Of a stretch of DNA of 64,000 bases, positions 34,291 through 49,722 are shown piece after piece. Every line of letters starts with the position of its first letter. Within the stretch, counting starts at the first letter, position 1. Origin of the DNA: the human T2T-CHM13v2.0 reference genome, Homo sapiens. The notes beneath the pieces are model-generated. The model was given only the letters and a program-made list of their open reading frames with translations. It was not told where the DNA came from and did not search any database. The stretch is from assembly GCF_009914755.1 (NCBI RefSeq), contig NC_060931.1. The stretch is one strand, 5' to 3'. Made by a program: the position numbers and the translations under genes.

Positions 34291-36756
34291 AGTTATATTG
34301 AAATTGAGGTACATCTGAGACATCCAAGGGAGATGTCCAGGAAACAGATGACTATGTGTCTGGAAGCCCTGAGAGTGGCCTAGACAGGGATCCAGTTTGG
34401 GAGTCGTGATCATTCAAGCTGTGGTTATGCCATGAAGATGAATGATATCTCCCAGAATGCAAAGTAAGAGCACTAAGGGCATGACTATAGAAAAGGTCAG
34501 ACCTTAAAGGCTGGGTAACAGAAAGAATCTTCTTTGAGTTGGTATTTGGTAATAAGGAGTGTTAACAAAAGCAAAAGGTGAGCATTTCCAGAAGTAGAAG
34601 AGAATGAGATGAAAAATACAAGTGAAAGAAGCAACCTTCACAGATGGAAGAAGATTTACTTTACTACAACATAAGAAGAGATATCTGGGCATGGTTGTCT
34701 TATTGTCAGCACGAATTTGAGCAAATTACTGTCTAATGGGTTCTAATTTTTTATGAAGTAGAAGACAAGGTCATCTAATGAGACCAACAGAGATGTAGAA
34801 ATGAGGGAGCTTAAGGAGAATGATGAAGGTTTGAAGTAGCCTTTGTGAAGAGTGGGGAAATGTTCCAACTAGGATAATAGAACCAAGATTTCCAGGCAGT
34901 ACTGAGAGACCATCAGGAAATGTGTCTGGCATTTATCTTTACATTTGTGTGATTTTTGCCGGTGTCACTGACAGGTATGTAGAACGTTGGATGGAGATAG
35001 ATTGGATTGTTCCAGGATTGGAGAGTTGCTGTGTACCATAAGTAAAATAAAAAAAGGAAGATGTGGATTGTTGAGGTATAGAAATGAACAGTGTAGACAC
35101 AAATTGAAAGAGTTAGGAATCATGGGAATGGAAGTTCTGCATGACTGCAGAAGAGGCAGGAATAAGGTAGAAGAAAAGTATATTTTATTTTGAGAAAAGG
35201 AATTAGAATTTAAAATTACAGATGGAGCATCCCTGGCTTAAATGAAATATTCTAGCATTTGTACAAAAATATTGTTGAATGAAATAGAATGAATCCATAC
35301 AGACCTTTGATAGCAAATTGTGAAATGGAGAGAATGACAATGGCTAAGGTGTCCCATTGGTACATGGAAGCATAATTAAGATGTTGATAGAAGATTGCCA
35401 CAAGGAGGAGCCAGGTGAAATGAGCCACAGTAGAGGGTAAAACAATGGAATAATGGTTTGAAAGAGGCAGTTGGAAGACAAGAAGAAGTAAACTTCCTGA
35501 CTACGCAGGCAGCCTTCCCTGGAGATGGCTACAGAGAAAGAGGGCAAGTTGTCTTTTCCCACAAAGTCGCAGGGCAAGTTTTTTTTCCATTCCCCCTCAC
35601 CTGTTTTCCCTGTGCCGGGATGGGTTTTGGGGAAGGTGAGGAGATGGAGGGAACATTGCGTGAAGCCTTTGAGATTTTAGAAGGGTTTGCTTACCATGGA
35701 TGGGAGTAGCAGATCAGTGAAATTGGATTAGAGGAGAGATGAATAGCATGCCTTGCATTTTGGTCCATGCATGAGGGTGCTAAAGATATGAGATGTGGGA
35801 TCTGCTAGTGTCCAGTCACATGGCTTAGGCTTAGTAAGTGTTCGGGCTCAAGAGAACCAGCAGATGCCTTTGATCAGCAGTTCATCAGGACATTGGGGAA
35901 AATACATCATAAGATCTCAAATATATCTTACTTCAGGTGGGCTAAGAGTGAATTTATCTCCCCAGGAATGTCAGTTCTTCTGGGGAAAGGAACAGCCCTA
36001 GTCTGGAAGGGAACTCCCTGCCTTCCCAGAGGGATTTGGCCATGCCAGAATCATCACGTTTTGAGAGATCATTGCTAACTTACTGGAAATGGCAGTAGCC
36101 CAGGGAAAGGGGAGGAATTGGGTCTCTTTGGAAGGAGCTATGTGCTGGAGGGAGTAATTGCATATTTTAAAATTTAGGTGGGCATTTAAAATTGTTTAGA
36201 CAGAGAAGGGAAGAATTCTTTCATCTCAGAGAAATAATTCCATGGGGTCAATAGAAGTAGGTAAGATTTAAAGACACAGATCAGCTCAAATAGTCCAATT
36301 CAGTATTGCTTTAAAAATACAGCAATATCACATTTAAAATGAGAAATATTACTCATTCTTTTGTGGACAAATAATTCTGTAAGGAATGAAGTGGGTGTCC
36401 AGAGGAATAGATAATGAGAAACTGTGATCAGGCAGGAGGAAAAACCAAGAACATCATAATGATTCCGGTTAGTTACTCTAGCACCTCATGAAAAGTTAAG
36501 TAAATTTTTTGAATTGTGTACTAAGCATATTTACTTTGCACACGTATGAACAAGAAAATTCCTACTAAATATATTGTTGCACTCAATTGAGAACTATGAC
36601 AATCTACTCTGGAGTTTGGCGCTTCCTTTTGAAGTCTCCAACAAAATGATTCACTCTAAGTGTGAAGATTTCTGGAGCTAATGCTGATTTACAGAACTCT
36701 GCTAAATACTACATTTTCTGTGTCTATAGATCTGTGGCTCCAAGAGATGACACTTA

Positions 36757-36969
<213 letters not shown>

Positions 36970-37159
36970 TCAATATGCCTAAACCTGACCAAATTGCTGA
37001 TCATCCCAGTGAAGAAAGAAATGAGAGACACTAATGAGAATTTTCCTTTTTTTAAATGTTATTACTGTGATTAATCACTTTTAAGGTCTAAAGAAATACT
37101 CAAAAAGATTCATGTGGCATTTAAATTATAAGTTTCAGAGACCCTTTGAGGAATAGAGA

Positions 37160-37595
37160 AATTTGGCTGCATCTTACGTTTCTATAGTGGCTTGACCAAG
37201 CAGGAGTTTGTTTTTCATAGTAAAAAGTGTAGAGGTAGCTCCACAGCATCACCAATACCCTAGGCTCATTCTATTTTTTCTGCCTATGGTTGCTTCATGG
37301 CCACAAGATGGCTGCTCATTCTCAGGCTTACATTCATATTCTAAGCAGAAAGAGGAAACAGAGTGATCAAGAAAAAGTGGCATCAGGAAAGGAAAACTTT
37401 TCTAGAACTCCCTAGCTGGTGTTCACTTACATTTCTTTGACTAGAACTATGTCTCCTGACTCCTTTTAGCTATGAGAGACTGGGAAATCAATTTTTTTAA
37501 TGCTGGGCACATTACTCCAACAAAATACAGGTTTTTCTGCTAAAAGGAAGAAAGGAGAATGGGTATGGCGTAGGTACCTAAGGCAGTCAGCTCAG
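37160..37595 (-). mobile_element. MaLR LTR (MLT1J-like)
   Basis: catggccacaagatggctgc...cacttacatttctttgactagaactatgtc...ggaagaaaggagaatgggtat. Confidence 0.7.
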
Positions 37596-38035
37596 GACTT
37601 GAGCTTACCTAATGCAATTCTTTGCCTTCTCCTCTCCCCAGCCTTCACCATTTTGTAATGAGAAATCTAGATCAAGTGACTTAGTGTCACACAGCCGGTT
37701 CATGAATGTTGAAACATTATTTGCATGGGTATATATATGCTAAAATATATTTTTATTAATAAATTGAACACAACATCTCAGTCTGAAGTACCCAAGTTTA
37801 GATGACATTATAGCATATAGAACTATAAACAGATAAATACTTTGCATTTAAAAGTAACGTCTAACATGGTACCTCCTAGAATGGAGGAACAGCCAAGTCT
37901 CCAGCTGAGGTGGTGAAAGTTGTTTATAATATTTCAAACTAAGATTGAGTTTCACAAGTACTAGAAAAATAACATTCTCCCTAAATAAAAAGTAAAGCAT
38001 TCTAGATAGAGCTAAAGCCTCCTTGACATCCACTG

Positions 38036-38090
38036 CCAGTCCAGGAACACATTCTCCAGTCCAGGAACACATTCTACAGTCCAGGAACAC
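38036..38090. repeat. 20-bp minisatellite, ~2.8 copies
   Basis: ccagtccaggaacacattct x2 + acagtccaggaacac. Confidence 0.92.
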
Positions 38091-38997
38091 TACCGTCATC
38101 CAGATTTCCTTTTATTCTCTTAACAGAGACATACCTGTTCCCACAAAATCAATATTTAGTACATTGTTGATTGAGTGAACACACACGTACACGTGTGTAT
38201 TTCAGATAGCATGAATTGTTCTATAACTTTTGGATATTTTCTTACCCATATGTCTTGAAAATATCTCCATGTTACTTAGTCCATTTAGATTTATCCTTAT
38301 ACATATCCCTTATGTTTTTCTAGAGTAGACCCAGAAGGCTCCAGGGTTGCAGAGTCTCTGCACTTTTTATTTTAGTATAAACTGCTCTCCAAAGCAACTG
38401 AATTAACTTGCACTCCCATTAGCAATGTATAATGGTAACTGCTTCTCATTGCTCCCTCTAACATTTCATATAAAAATATTTTTGCAAAATGAATCATGAC
38501 ACTTTTTTCTGGCCTTATAAAAGATCCAGTCTCCACTAAAAATAAATGGTTGGATAGATATCACACACATACACGGGTATACTAACAAGTATCATTTATA
38601 GATGTTTATTTAGACTACATCTCCCCACATTATAATAAACTTTGTGGTTTTTTATTGCTTTATTATAATAAGCACTTTAATACAAATCATTTTTCTAATT
38701 TTAGTCAGTATCTTAAACTCCATGCTTAGTCATAAATTAAGAAATGAAAATATGTACACTGAATCAAGATTTTAAGTTCACTCACCCCCACCATTCCTCT
38801 TGTTCCTTAATATCCTGGACCTTTTTGTATGAGATCTGGGAATCTGAGGTTAGGACAGTTGAGAATATGAGAGAATGTAACCACAAATTGCTGATTAGAA
38901 CCAGAGTTACACAGCAAAGAAGAGGTCAAATCCACTGTTTCTCTCCATTGTTGAGAATTTCTCATATAATGAGGGACACAATAAAGTCTAACTTTTT

Positions 38998-39500
38998 ATG
39001 CATTCAATAAATGTTTACTGTTTGTTGTATGATAAGTACTGGTTCCATATGTGAGTGGAATAATTATTTGTTCCCATGACACATTCAGTATAGTAGAAAA
39101 GACCCAGACAAATAATAAACAAACTAACAAACAGTTATCAAACGGTGAAGAGCATAAAGGAAACAAAGGGGGAGCTGACATGAACAAAAGTAGGGAGACG
39201 TAATTGTGCTAGAGTTTCAGGAAGACCTTGCTGAGACCTAAAATATAAGATGTCTCCATGCAAAATTAGGGGGAAAGCAATCCCAATCTAGATGATAGGC
39301 TTTTAACACGCCCTAAATTGTGATAGACTGAGAGAACCCAGTGAGAAGAGTGGCAGTGGAACCACATGAAGTAGGATAGAAGGACATAGGACAGGTACAG
39401 GGCCAACAGCTTTGCAGAATAAGCTAAGAGAAAATGAGACTGGTCCAGCCTGCGGGTGCAGCTCAGTGGATGGGGCAGAGGAAGAAGGAGAGAAGTTTCA
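38998..39500 (-). mobile_element. L2 3' fragment
   Basis: cattcaataaatgtttactg...tcaggaagaccttgctgagacctaaa. Confidence 0.6.
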
Positions 39501-40051
39501 GAGATGCAATACACTATCGTTCTGTTCTACATCTGTCAGACTATTGAAAACATTGCTTAGTATAGCACATGCCTCTATAATGATATTCAGTGCAGTGAAA
39601 TGTTACCCACTGTTGTAAATATAAGAATGTGCTTTGAATAAAATACATGCATCTGATTCCACTCTGGTGTATCATGAATTCTTAATAAAAGTTTGTTAAA
39701 ATGAAATTCATCTGTTAAATTAAATTCTCTCCAAATAGTTCCCATTTCCCTTCTCACATGAACCGTCTTTTCCACTTGCTGTATTGTCCTCTATTATAGT
39801 TTGTTTTGTTTTTAATGAGTTGACACAGATATATTTTTAAAGTAAAACTTGCATTCATTTTTTAATTGGCAGAACAATGACATGAATATCAATGTCAAAA
39901 TAAAGATTAAATTGTTATCTACTTCTAGCACAAACAACTATTGATAAGCTAGCAGGGGAAAGATAAGGAATATTTGCTCCCTTTTATCCATAAAGGTTAT
40001 TTGCCACATAAAGTCTTATTTTTTAGATTTTATTATTATGGGTCAAGTTAA

Positions 40052-40258
<207 letters not shown>

Positions 40259-40419
40259 TAAGTGTATGCTTATTTAAACTATCCTTTTATAAAAAAACAA
40301 GGGCATTACTTTTTATTGACAATGAACTATAAAGCATATAATTAATGTAAGTGCATTGTTTTAATATTTGAAATACTTTGATTAATCAATTATTTTCTTC
40401 TCCCCTTTTTGCCCAGTTA

Positions 40420-40705
40420 ATCCATATTCATCTGCAGATATGTTACCCATGTTACACTTGCCAGAGAGCCTTCCCTGAGCCTCTGATTTGTTTCTTTATT
40501 ATATAGTTGATAGCACTCAGTAATTTTCTTCCGTAGCAGTTACCACAATTATTTAAATGACCAAGTATTGAATTAATTGTTTAATGTCAGTTTTCCCAGG
40601 ATGTCAGCTTCATGAGGGCAGAGAGCCTGACTAGTTTGCATTATACTAATTCATTTGGCACCATAATTTGTACATAGTAGTTAGAAAATAAATATCTGGT
40701 GTGAA
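40420..40705 (+). mobile_element. L2 3' fragment
   Basis: cagagagccttccctgagc...gtcagcttcatgagggcagagagcc...tacatagtag...aaatatctggtg. Confidence 0.65.
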
Positions 40706-43700
40706 CCAAAGAACTGCAAAGTATGCAAGTTCAGTTTTAAATTATCTCTTTTCACTAAAAAAAAGTTAGGGGGCATGATCACTAGTATCCCTCATATATC
40801 GGTCATTTATAGAGGCAAGAAAATTGTGACATCAAATTTAATTACTGTGTTAAATCCTGCCTAAGCACTGAGCAGAACTAGAATGAGATACATCTTTGGT
40901 GCCACTCTCAACATTCCCTATTTCTCTCCTTCCCCAGCAATCTTCTTTCAGTGGAGATGTTGGGGTCAAGCCAAAGTTGGGACTAAAAATGCCTTCAAAG
41001 CCGTTAGAGGAACAGAGAGCATCTTCTCCAAGTTTCCTGGTTACTGCTCTGTCCTCCTGACCCCAAGTCTCCCTTCCTCTAAAAAGGTCTGAAAAAACAC
41101 TCAGGAGCTTTTCTACCCTTGCCATGAACTTCACACCACAGCTTGAATGGGAAATGAGTTCCCCAAATGGGCAGGACAAATTGCAATTTGGCACGCACAG
41201 TTAACAAACGTGGGCATGTCACCATTCTTGAACATGTGTTCTAAATAATAAATTACAGTCAGGGAATAGAGAGGGATTTACCCATTATGGTGTGTCAGGT
41301 GGTGTGATTTGTGATTCTCTGCTAAATGAGATATATATTATTCCATACAAAGGAGACACTGATATGTCCAGTTAAATATTTTTTATCAGATGACAATTTA
41401 CGAGAAATCATTAAACAGTTGTATTCCTCCTACTGGACAAAGACAAAAGTTCTTCAACAAAAAGTTCAAGGTACATTACTGGGATTCTTCAAGAAGTGGC
41501 AGCTTGTTCTGTTCACTAAATGTACGCTAACTTATGTTAGGCTTTGTGCCTGGACATTGTGGGTGAGGCCGCCATAGAACGGTGGCCTTCTGGTACTTAA
41601 GGAGCTAGGTCTCCTTAGAGAAGGCCCCAAATTGACTCACAAATCAAGTGCACGCTCCTTAGCCTGAAAATTTGAAGCCTCCATAATCTGGCCCATTTCT
41701 ATATTTCCAGCCTCCTCCCAGCCTCTTTGCCTCTCTTTATGTTGAGAGTGCCCCTTTAGAACTTCAGGTTTTTGTCCACACTGTTCCCTGTACCTACAAG
41801 TCCTCTTCCCATCTTTGCCCAGCTTCTGATGCTGGAAGTCCTCTCCGGGAAGCCTTTTTTCACCACCAGATTCCCAGCTTAGCTTCTTCCCAGTGCATCC
41901 TGGGCACATCTCTACAACAGCTCTTACCATATTATGTTAAGTATTTACATGTTTCTCACTTAGTCTCCAAAATGAAGTGATGTTCCTTACGAAGAGGAGG
42001 AAGTGGCACAGGGCCATTCATAGGGTGAAGCCAGTAAAGATTAAAATATATATGCATTTATATTTTACCTGATCATTTTTCTTTTTATGTTTTATAATTG
42101 ATAAAATATATAAATATAGGAATATATATTATATATATATATTACAGTGTACTCATTAATACATCAAGGGTGCACGAGCAATATGTTTTTACTGATGGCT
42201 TACCTAGATTATAGGCTTCTCTAGAGAAGAGATTGTCCCTTATCCATCTTCCAATGTCTAATATAAGATTTTAAAATGATTGCTGAACTAAAACCAAGAT
42301 CCAACCTCCCTCCCATCCACAGAAGACTATGAGCAGCCAGGGCACAATCACGACAACCAACTGCTCCATCCTCAAGCTCCAAAAGGCCCAAAGACTCAAA
42401 AACTTAACAAGTGAGGTCAGGATAGCAGTCTGCAAGAATGTATCACTTGCTGCTAGAGATGATTTCCTTCCTTAGTAGCAGGATTCCCTCCTATTGAAAG
42501 AAGTTGTTATAGTGGACAAAATTGGGAGAAAGTTGATTTAGGAGCTCTGGATTTAGTTTTAATGGCCAAAGATAGACTGGTTTGAAAATCTTATTTTAAA
42601 AGCACATTACAGCTATTTGGCAAAACTGGATCTTTTTCTTTTCACTTTGCCTATGTATTGATCTCAATATACCATTTTCAATAACATCAGCCATTAAACT
42701 TTTGAATGATTGTATTTTTTTAATTCTTAAATTGATTTCTATTTTTTAGGAAATAGTTTAACTGTAAGATACAACCTAGAATTAAATCTGTTGCTTAAGA
42801 AAGAAAAAATAATTATTCTAATTAGGAAAAATAAAAATTTCTACAGTGGTCATTGAATGAGAATTAACTTTAAGGAAAATATTTCAGATTGCATTTTATG
42901 ATATGTAAACAATTTAAAAAAATTTATCCTACCTTATTTTAGCAAGGAATTATGACAACTTATACTTTAACACTAATATTGAAAATATAGATGTTTTTGT
43001 CTTCTTAAAAAATGCTTTGTATTATATAACATTACAGAGTCAGGAATTAGTGCCAACATTTACATGATTTCCTATCTCACCTCAACCCTAAATCAGAGTT
43101 GAACTTTTTTCCTCCGTTGTATCATTCAATCTGATTCACTGAAATGGCTGAAATCTAACTTGCATTAAATATAGAGCTATAATTATAAGTCAAATGACTT
43201 CTCCTAAAAGACAATTTCATTCCTCAGAATGTTGTTTCCTAAAACATATGTCACACTTTACTTCAGAAATCACAGCTTTGATTCATTCAGTGTTCAAATA
43301 TATAACATAGAATTTATGGTACTTTTTTGGACAATTTTAGTAAAGAGCTGGTATTATTTAAAATGTCAAGAGCACCAGTTTTGCAGATGTTATACAGATG
43401 CCTATTTCAAGCAGTATTTAACTCACAATAAATAAAAGGAATTGTTAACCAATGCAAAAATGCAGAGTTATGGCTGTATAAATATAGAGTAGTATGAACC
43501 ACTGGGGCCAAGTTTTCAGAGACCCAATCAGGCTTCCTTTTTATGTGCATGCGATTTCATGTCCACAAACTAATTGCACCCACATTTGAATCTCTGTGCA
43601 CGCAATTAGCCACTTGTTTCTTCATCCTTGGCAGCAAGTGGCCAAAGTGGGCCTCAGTTTTTACAAAATTAGCTGTCAGCAAGGTTGAGGGGTACAGTGT

Positions 43701-44029
43701 CTGGAGTAAGGGTAGGATGCATATGCTCTGAGATTCTGAGATCTGATGAAAACAGCCTTTCAAAAGATTATTAAATAGAATCTCATTAGCAGAAACACAT
43801 TTATGCCCTCAACATATCATTATCCTATTAGAAAGAAAATTAACAATCTTTGCTTAAACATAGTCTCTGTCAACACAGGAGCTCGCTAAGTAAATTCAGC
43901 TTTTTAAAATAAATTCATTATAACAATCAGTTTGTGAGTTTTCCTATAAGTGCTACCAAAGAGGATGTGGGGCTGTATTTCATTTTCCGCTGATTATTTT
44001 GTGGTGACCTAGCCTAATATGATAAAAGG

Positions 44030-44230
44030 ATAGGCAAATTGAAGACTCAGAGGCCTCAGTTCTGGGCCTGCCCTGTCATTAACAGCATGATCCCACTTCT
44101 GTTATTTAACTCTTTGGGCCTCAGATTGCCTCTTCTGTTAAAAAAAAAAAAAAAAAAAAAAAAAAGTGACGGGGAAGGGAGGGAGAAAGGACACACTCTA
44201 AGGCCTCTTCTGACTCCATCCAACGTGATG
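44030..44230 (+). mobile_element. MIR3/MIRc-like fragment with an A26 run in its core
   Basis: ttatttaactctttgggcctcagattgcctcttctgtt-A26-...tctaaggcctcttctgactc. Confidence 0.65.
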
Positions 44231-44446
44231 CTACACAGCCACTCAATGTGAACCTCTGTGAAGGAAAGACTACCATTTATCTAAGGAGGTTTGCTTGAGA
44301 AATACATCAACAAAGATTAAACTTTAGGCTGTGTCTATATCAAAGATGTGGAGGAGGTTGGTTATTAATGACAAACCATGCTTGCCAGAACAGAATTAGA
44401 ATTAGAAAGCAAGATATATTCTGAATGAAAAAGAAATTATAAAACA

Positions 44447-44900
<454 letters not shown>

Positions 44901-45288
44901 CTACAACCAGAAACTTTAGAAACATCTTTCACATAGCAGACCCTCGTTTTCTCCAAGATATGCAGTCAGTTCTTCTGGCTCACTCCTGTCAGGCCCATCT
45001 CTTCACTGTACCTAAAGTACCACTCCTTCCAGGTCTTCAAATCTTATCTGTCCCTAAAGGCCTGTTCACATATTATCTGCTTCATGGACCCTTCCAGAAA
45101 ACTCTGACCTCCATGACTCTTTCTCTATTTGGAACAATTGTGGCTCACTGAGAGTAGAGGTGGGAAAATACATAAAATATATATGTTGACTATTAGGTAA
45201 TCAGGCACTATGGCAGGTGTTATACATATTTTCCTTGTGGAGAAGTAAATTTAATCATGAAAAGATTAAGTAATTTGTCTAATTTAAA

Positions 45289-45465
45289 CAGTGAGTTTTA
45301 TCCTTGGCAGCATATTGGAATCACCAAAGAAGCATTAAAAAATACTGATTTCTGAGCCCCATCCCCATTGATTCTGATTCAATGTCTGGGGTACAATCTG
45401 GGTGTGGGAATTTTTAAAAGCTTTCCAAGTGACTCTAATATGTAGTCAATGTTGAGGTCCGCAGG
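45289..45465. mobile_element. MER5 (hAT-Charlie) nested in an antisense MIR (about 45180-45288 and 45466-45525)
   Basis: cagtgagttttatccttggcagcatattggaatcacc...aaaagctttccaagtgactctaatatgtagtcaatgttgag. Confidence 0.75.
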
Positions 45466-45627
45466 GCCAGTTGGAGATAGAGCCCAGGTGTGCATGCTCT
45501 CCAAAGCCCCAACTCTTTACCACACAGATATTTTTACTCCATTATGCATTACTTGTTTTTACGCTATAGTTATTCTATATTACGTATAAATTATAATCTT
45601 CTAACCTGAGTATAAATTTTTGAGGTT

Positions 45628-45835
45628 TAGCATTATAGTTAAGAGCATGGACTCTGGAGCTGACTGCCCTGCTCAAATCCTAGTTCTACTACTTACTAAC
45701 TAGAGGATCTCAGACAAGTTCCTGAGCCCTGGTTAAGGAGATGATAACAGGGTTGTTGATGTTTAAATATGTTGATAAATTAAAGTTTTCAGAATATTCC
45801 TAGCATTTGGGAGGTACTGAAAAATGTCAACTATT
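45628..45835 (+). mobile_element. MIR SINE
   Basis: gttaagagcatggactctggagctgactgccctgctcaaatcctagttctactacttacta. Confidence 0.85.
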
Positions 45836-47529
45836 CTTTAAAAATTATTATGATATTTTAACACCAATAATGCCTAACACTTCAACAGAGTATATACTTA
45901 ATGTATTAAACTTAAATCCTTCTGGAGAGTCATATGTATATGGAGACATAAAGGTTAATTTATCATTCCTGAAATTGCATAGAAAGTATTTAGTAGATAG
46001 ACATTTAATAAAGCAGTTTTCTGTAATCCTCATTACATGTAAAAATCAAAGAAAAGGAAAAAATGGTGGTAAGAAGAACAAATGACTCTGCATTCCTTTT
46101 GAAAATTTGGTATTTCTCTTCCAGTTGACATTGTACCCCTCAAAGTTATTGTATATTTTCTTTCCTTTCCTGGAGTTCATACTTTTCTCATCTCCTTTCC
46201 CTCCGATTTTCTTTTATCTCTTCCAGTTTCTCTCTCTTAATATACCTACGTTTCTTTCTCTTTCTGTGTTCAATCAGTAAGAGCCATAAACTATATCATC
46301 TTTCATATTTTATATTAATAACTATTTCCACATACACAAACACATTCACAATTCTAACATCCCTGAAGTCATGAATATAAAATGCACTATATTCATCTCC
46401 TAAAAACAGAAATCCTTTCCCCTAAAATTAATATAACACCAGATACCATTATTAGCAGTACCACTAATCAAAGCCAGAATGGACAAAGTTTTTAAGTTTT
46501 TTCCTTTCTAACTCAAGAACTATCTGGGTGATATTTAGCTCCTCAGTTTTGAAGGGTAAACATATACTAGTAACATAAGCAAGATATTTAGGGTAAGGAG
46601 AGTGATTATCAGAGAAATAATTGCATATGTTCTCCAACAAGGAGAGAAATAACCACTCCATATTTGTTCATATGATGTGCTATGTTCACACTCAATTCCT
46701 GAAACGATGAACAAGGAAAAAAAAACAAAAAAATTATATTTTTCTACCACATTATTAATGTATCCACTCACACTAAAAGCTGAAGTGTTTTGCATGAATG
46801 TTGTTTTATCAGTAAAACAGGAAAGATCTTAAATGCATAGAGAATATTCATTTATTTTATAAACATTTGCTAAAGCTTGGGACCTACTTTCTACCTGAAC
46901 TCTGTTAGTAACAAAAGATGAATACAGTATTGCAAATGTGTCTTAAATACATTATTCCATTACATCGTTACACCAATCATGTGAGAAGAACTGTACACAC
47001 CTCATCTAACAGATGAAGAAATTCAGGCAACAGCTAGAAAGAGGTGAAGACATTCACACGAAAAAGGCCATCAATCAAATCAAAGAAAAATAACTAATCT
47101 TCAAAATAATAAATTATCATCATACTGAAGTAGTTCTCTTGTATCTTAAATCCCTTGAGAGCAGGGAATAGATCTATTATACTTATGGACAGAGAACCTA
47201 TGCATGTGTTAGGCTAATAAATATTTGAGGCTAACTGCCAATTTGTGGGGCTCCCAGTCTATTAATGCTTTGGTCTTACTGAAGTGTTCAATGTACTGTT
47301 TAAAAATAGGTAATGATTGAGTAATACTTAGATTTTTAATAAGTATAAGGTTTCATGGAACAGAGCTCATACTTGATTTTAGCATGAAATGTGTTATTTC
47401 AGAACATTACTTAATGTTGCTATTCTATTTGGTTGGCAGGAAGCCATGCCTTCATTATTCCACTAGATTTAAAGGATAAGGATGGTCTTACTATAATTTC
47501 TGAAATGGTGTGCCATAGCTGAATTTTAA

Positions 47530-47757
<228 letters not shown>

Positions 47758-49026
47758 TAATGTATGCCACCTGAAGTACTAAAAATCGTATAGTTGTATC
47801 TACTAGACCAATTCCTGCTGTCTCACAGCAGAGGAAAACTAACTGAATGCAATATGGCTTTTTGAATCATGTATAGATGTTATCATAGAATAGCCTGAAC
47901 AATTCCCGCTCCAAATGTTCAGTTTTCTCCAAGTAACTCTGTTTGACAGATGGAGGATATTAAAGTCTTGTCCTATGCTGACCCGATTCCATGCTGTTTT
48001 CTCAGCACAAATTGGTAGGAGCTTGCCACGTCAACTGACAGTTGGCAGTTGAGAGCAGCTGGCCTTGTCAACTGCAGCTCTGGCAGGCACTGCTGTGAAA
48101 ACAGACATCTGCAGCTCAGCACAGGAAATCAAAAGGTCCTGCATGTGAGACTCACTTCTAGAGCTTTCCAAGTGCATGGGATTGTTTTTACGCACTAACC
48201 TTACTGATCTTCTTTCATATTCCTGGGCAGGTCTCACATGGACCTCACTAGGCTGATTTTTCCTTTAGTGAGGCTTCTAAGCTGATTTCTGGGACATGCA
48301 GTGTCTTCTTGCTAGGCATGCTCTGACTAGGTAGAGTCTGGCAGAACTCTCGGATATGCAAAATGGGCACATAGACTGAGATGCTTGGTTAACATCAAGT
48401 AAGTAATCCTTAACCCAATTTTCAAAGTGCTTTTTATTAGATGGACATTTCCTTATACAGTTTGTAAGCTCTCACACATGAGCAAGACTGATTTCAAAAG
48501 CTGATTTTCACAAAGCTCTATTAAAACACATAGAAAAAAAGGCCTGGGCAGAAGGTATGCCAATTTACTAGCAAATAGTTAAAGAAGAATAACAGGAGCT
48601 GAGGGGCAGGACAGAAAGATGGACATCTTCTTCATGGTGATTTCAATATAAATGTTCCAATTTTCATGATTGAGAATGTCTCTAAAGATCAATCAGTAGT
48701 GTTAGTTCCTTTTTTTAAAAAAAGAAGGGAAGAAAATCATTTAGGAACTTATGTTGCAGTGTTATTAATTGAGCATTGATTTTGTGCAAGAAACTGTGTT
48801 TCTTGCTAAATTTGTTACACTTTAAATCCCACCAGACTGTAAGCTTCAAAAGGGCAGGGAATGTGTTTAATCCACCGCCATAATCTCATTGTTGAGCATA
48901 ATTTTTGACGCAGAATAGTAACTTAATAAATATTTATCAAGTAAATGAATAAATTAAAAGTGTATTTATTCCTAATTGCAGCTAAGGTAGATATTATCAT
49001 ATCTTTTTTCTGCTTAAGATAAGTAA

Positions 49027-49381
<355 letters not shown>

Positions 49382-49722
49382 CTCCACAGGCATTTTAAAC
49401 CATCAACTTGGATAATCCAGCCTCCATATCCTATAAATGTTGCACTGGGAGCAATGACAATAGCTGTTGCCACACAGCCAGACTTCTCTAAGCTCAGAAT
49501 ACCATTCTGACCTCAGAATTTAGGGTGTTCAGAAAAATTCCAAGAAACTGTCACAGTCTATTAACCTGAAAAGCAGTAGATGTTCATTTAAGTTCATCAC
49601 TAAATCCTACGGTTTTGGACACGACACGTCTTGTTTCTCAGGCTCATTTTCTTCATCTGTAAAATAACCCTCTGTGGTAGATGAATCAACTTTGTAAAAA
49701 GCTAAAGGCCCTCTTCCCTGTT

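Larger units (their letters stand above)
33200..35250 (-). mobile_element. Degraded L2, interrupted by an MLT1 LTR
   Basis: Purine-rich antisense L2 motifs (gaaattgaggtacatctgagacatccaaggggagatgtccaggaaacag) on both sides of the LTR. Confidence 0.55.

Noticed and set aside
48011-48030. ATTGG...CCACG as an ERSE/ERSE-II element
   Set aside because: Spacing is N10, not ATTGG-N1-CCACG, and orientation does not fit CCAAT-N9-CCACG
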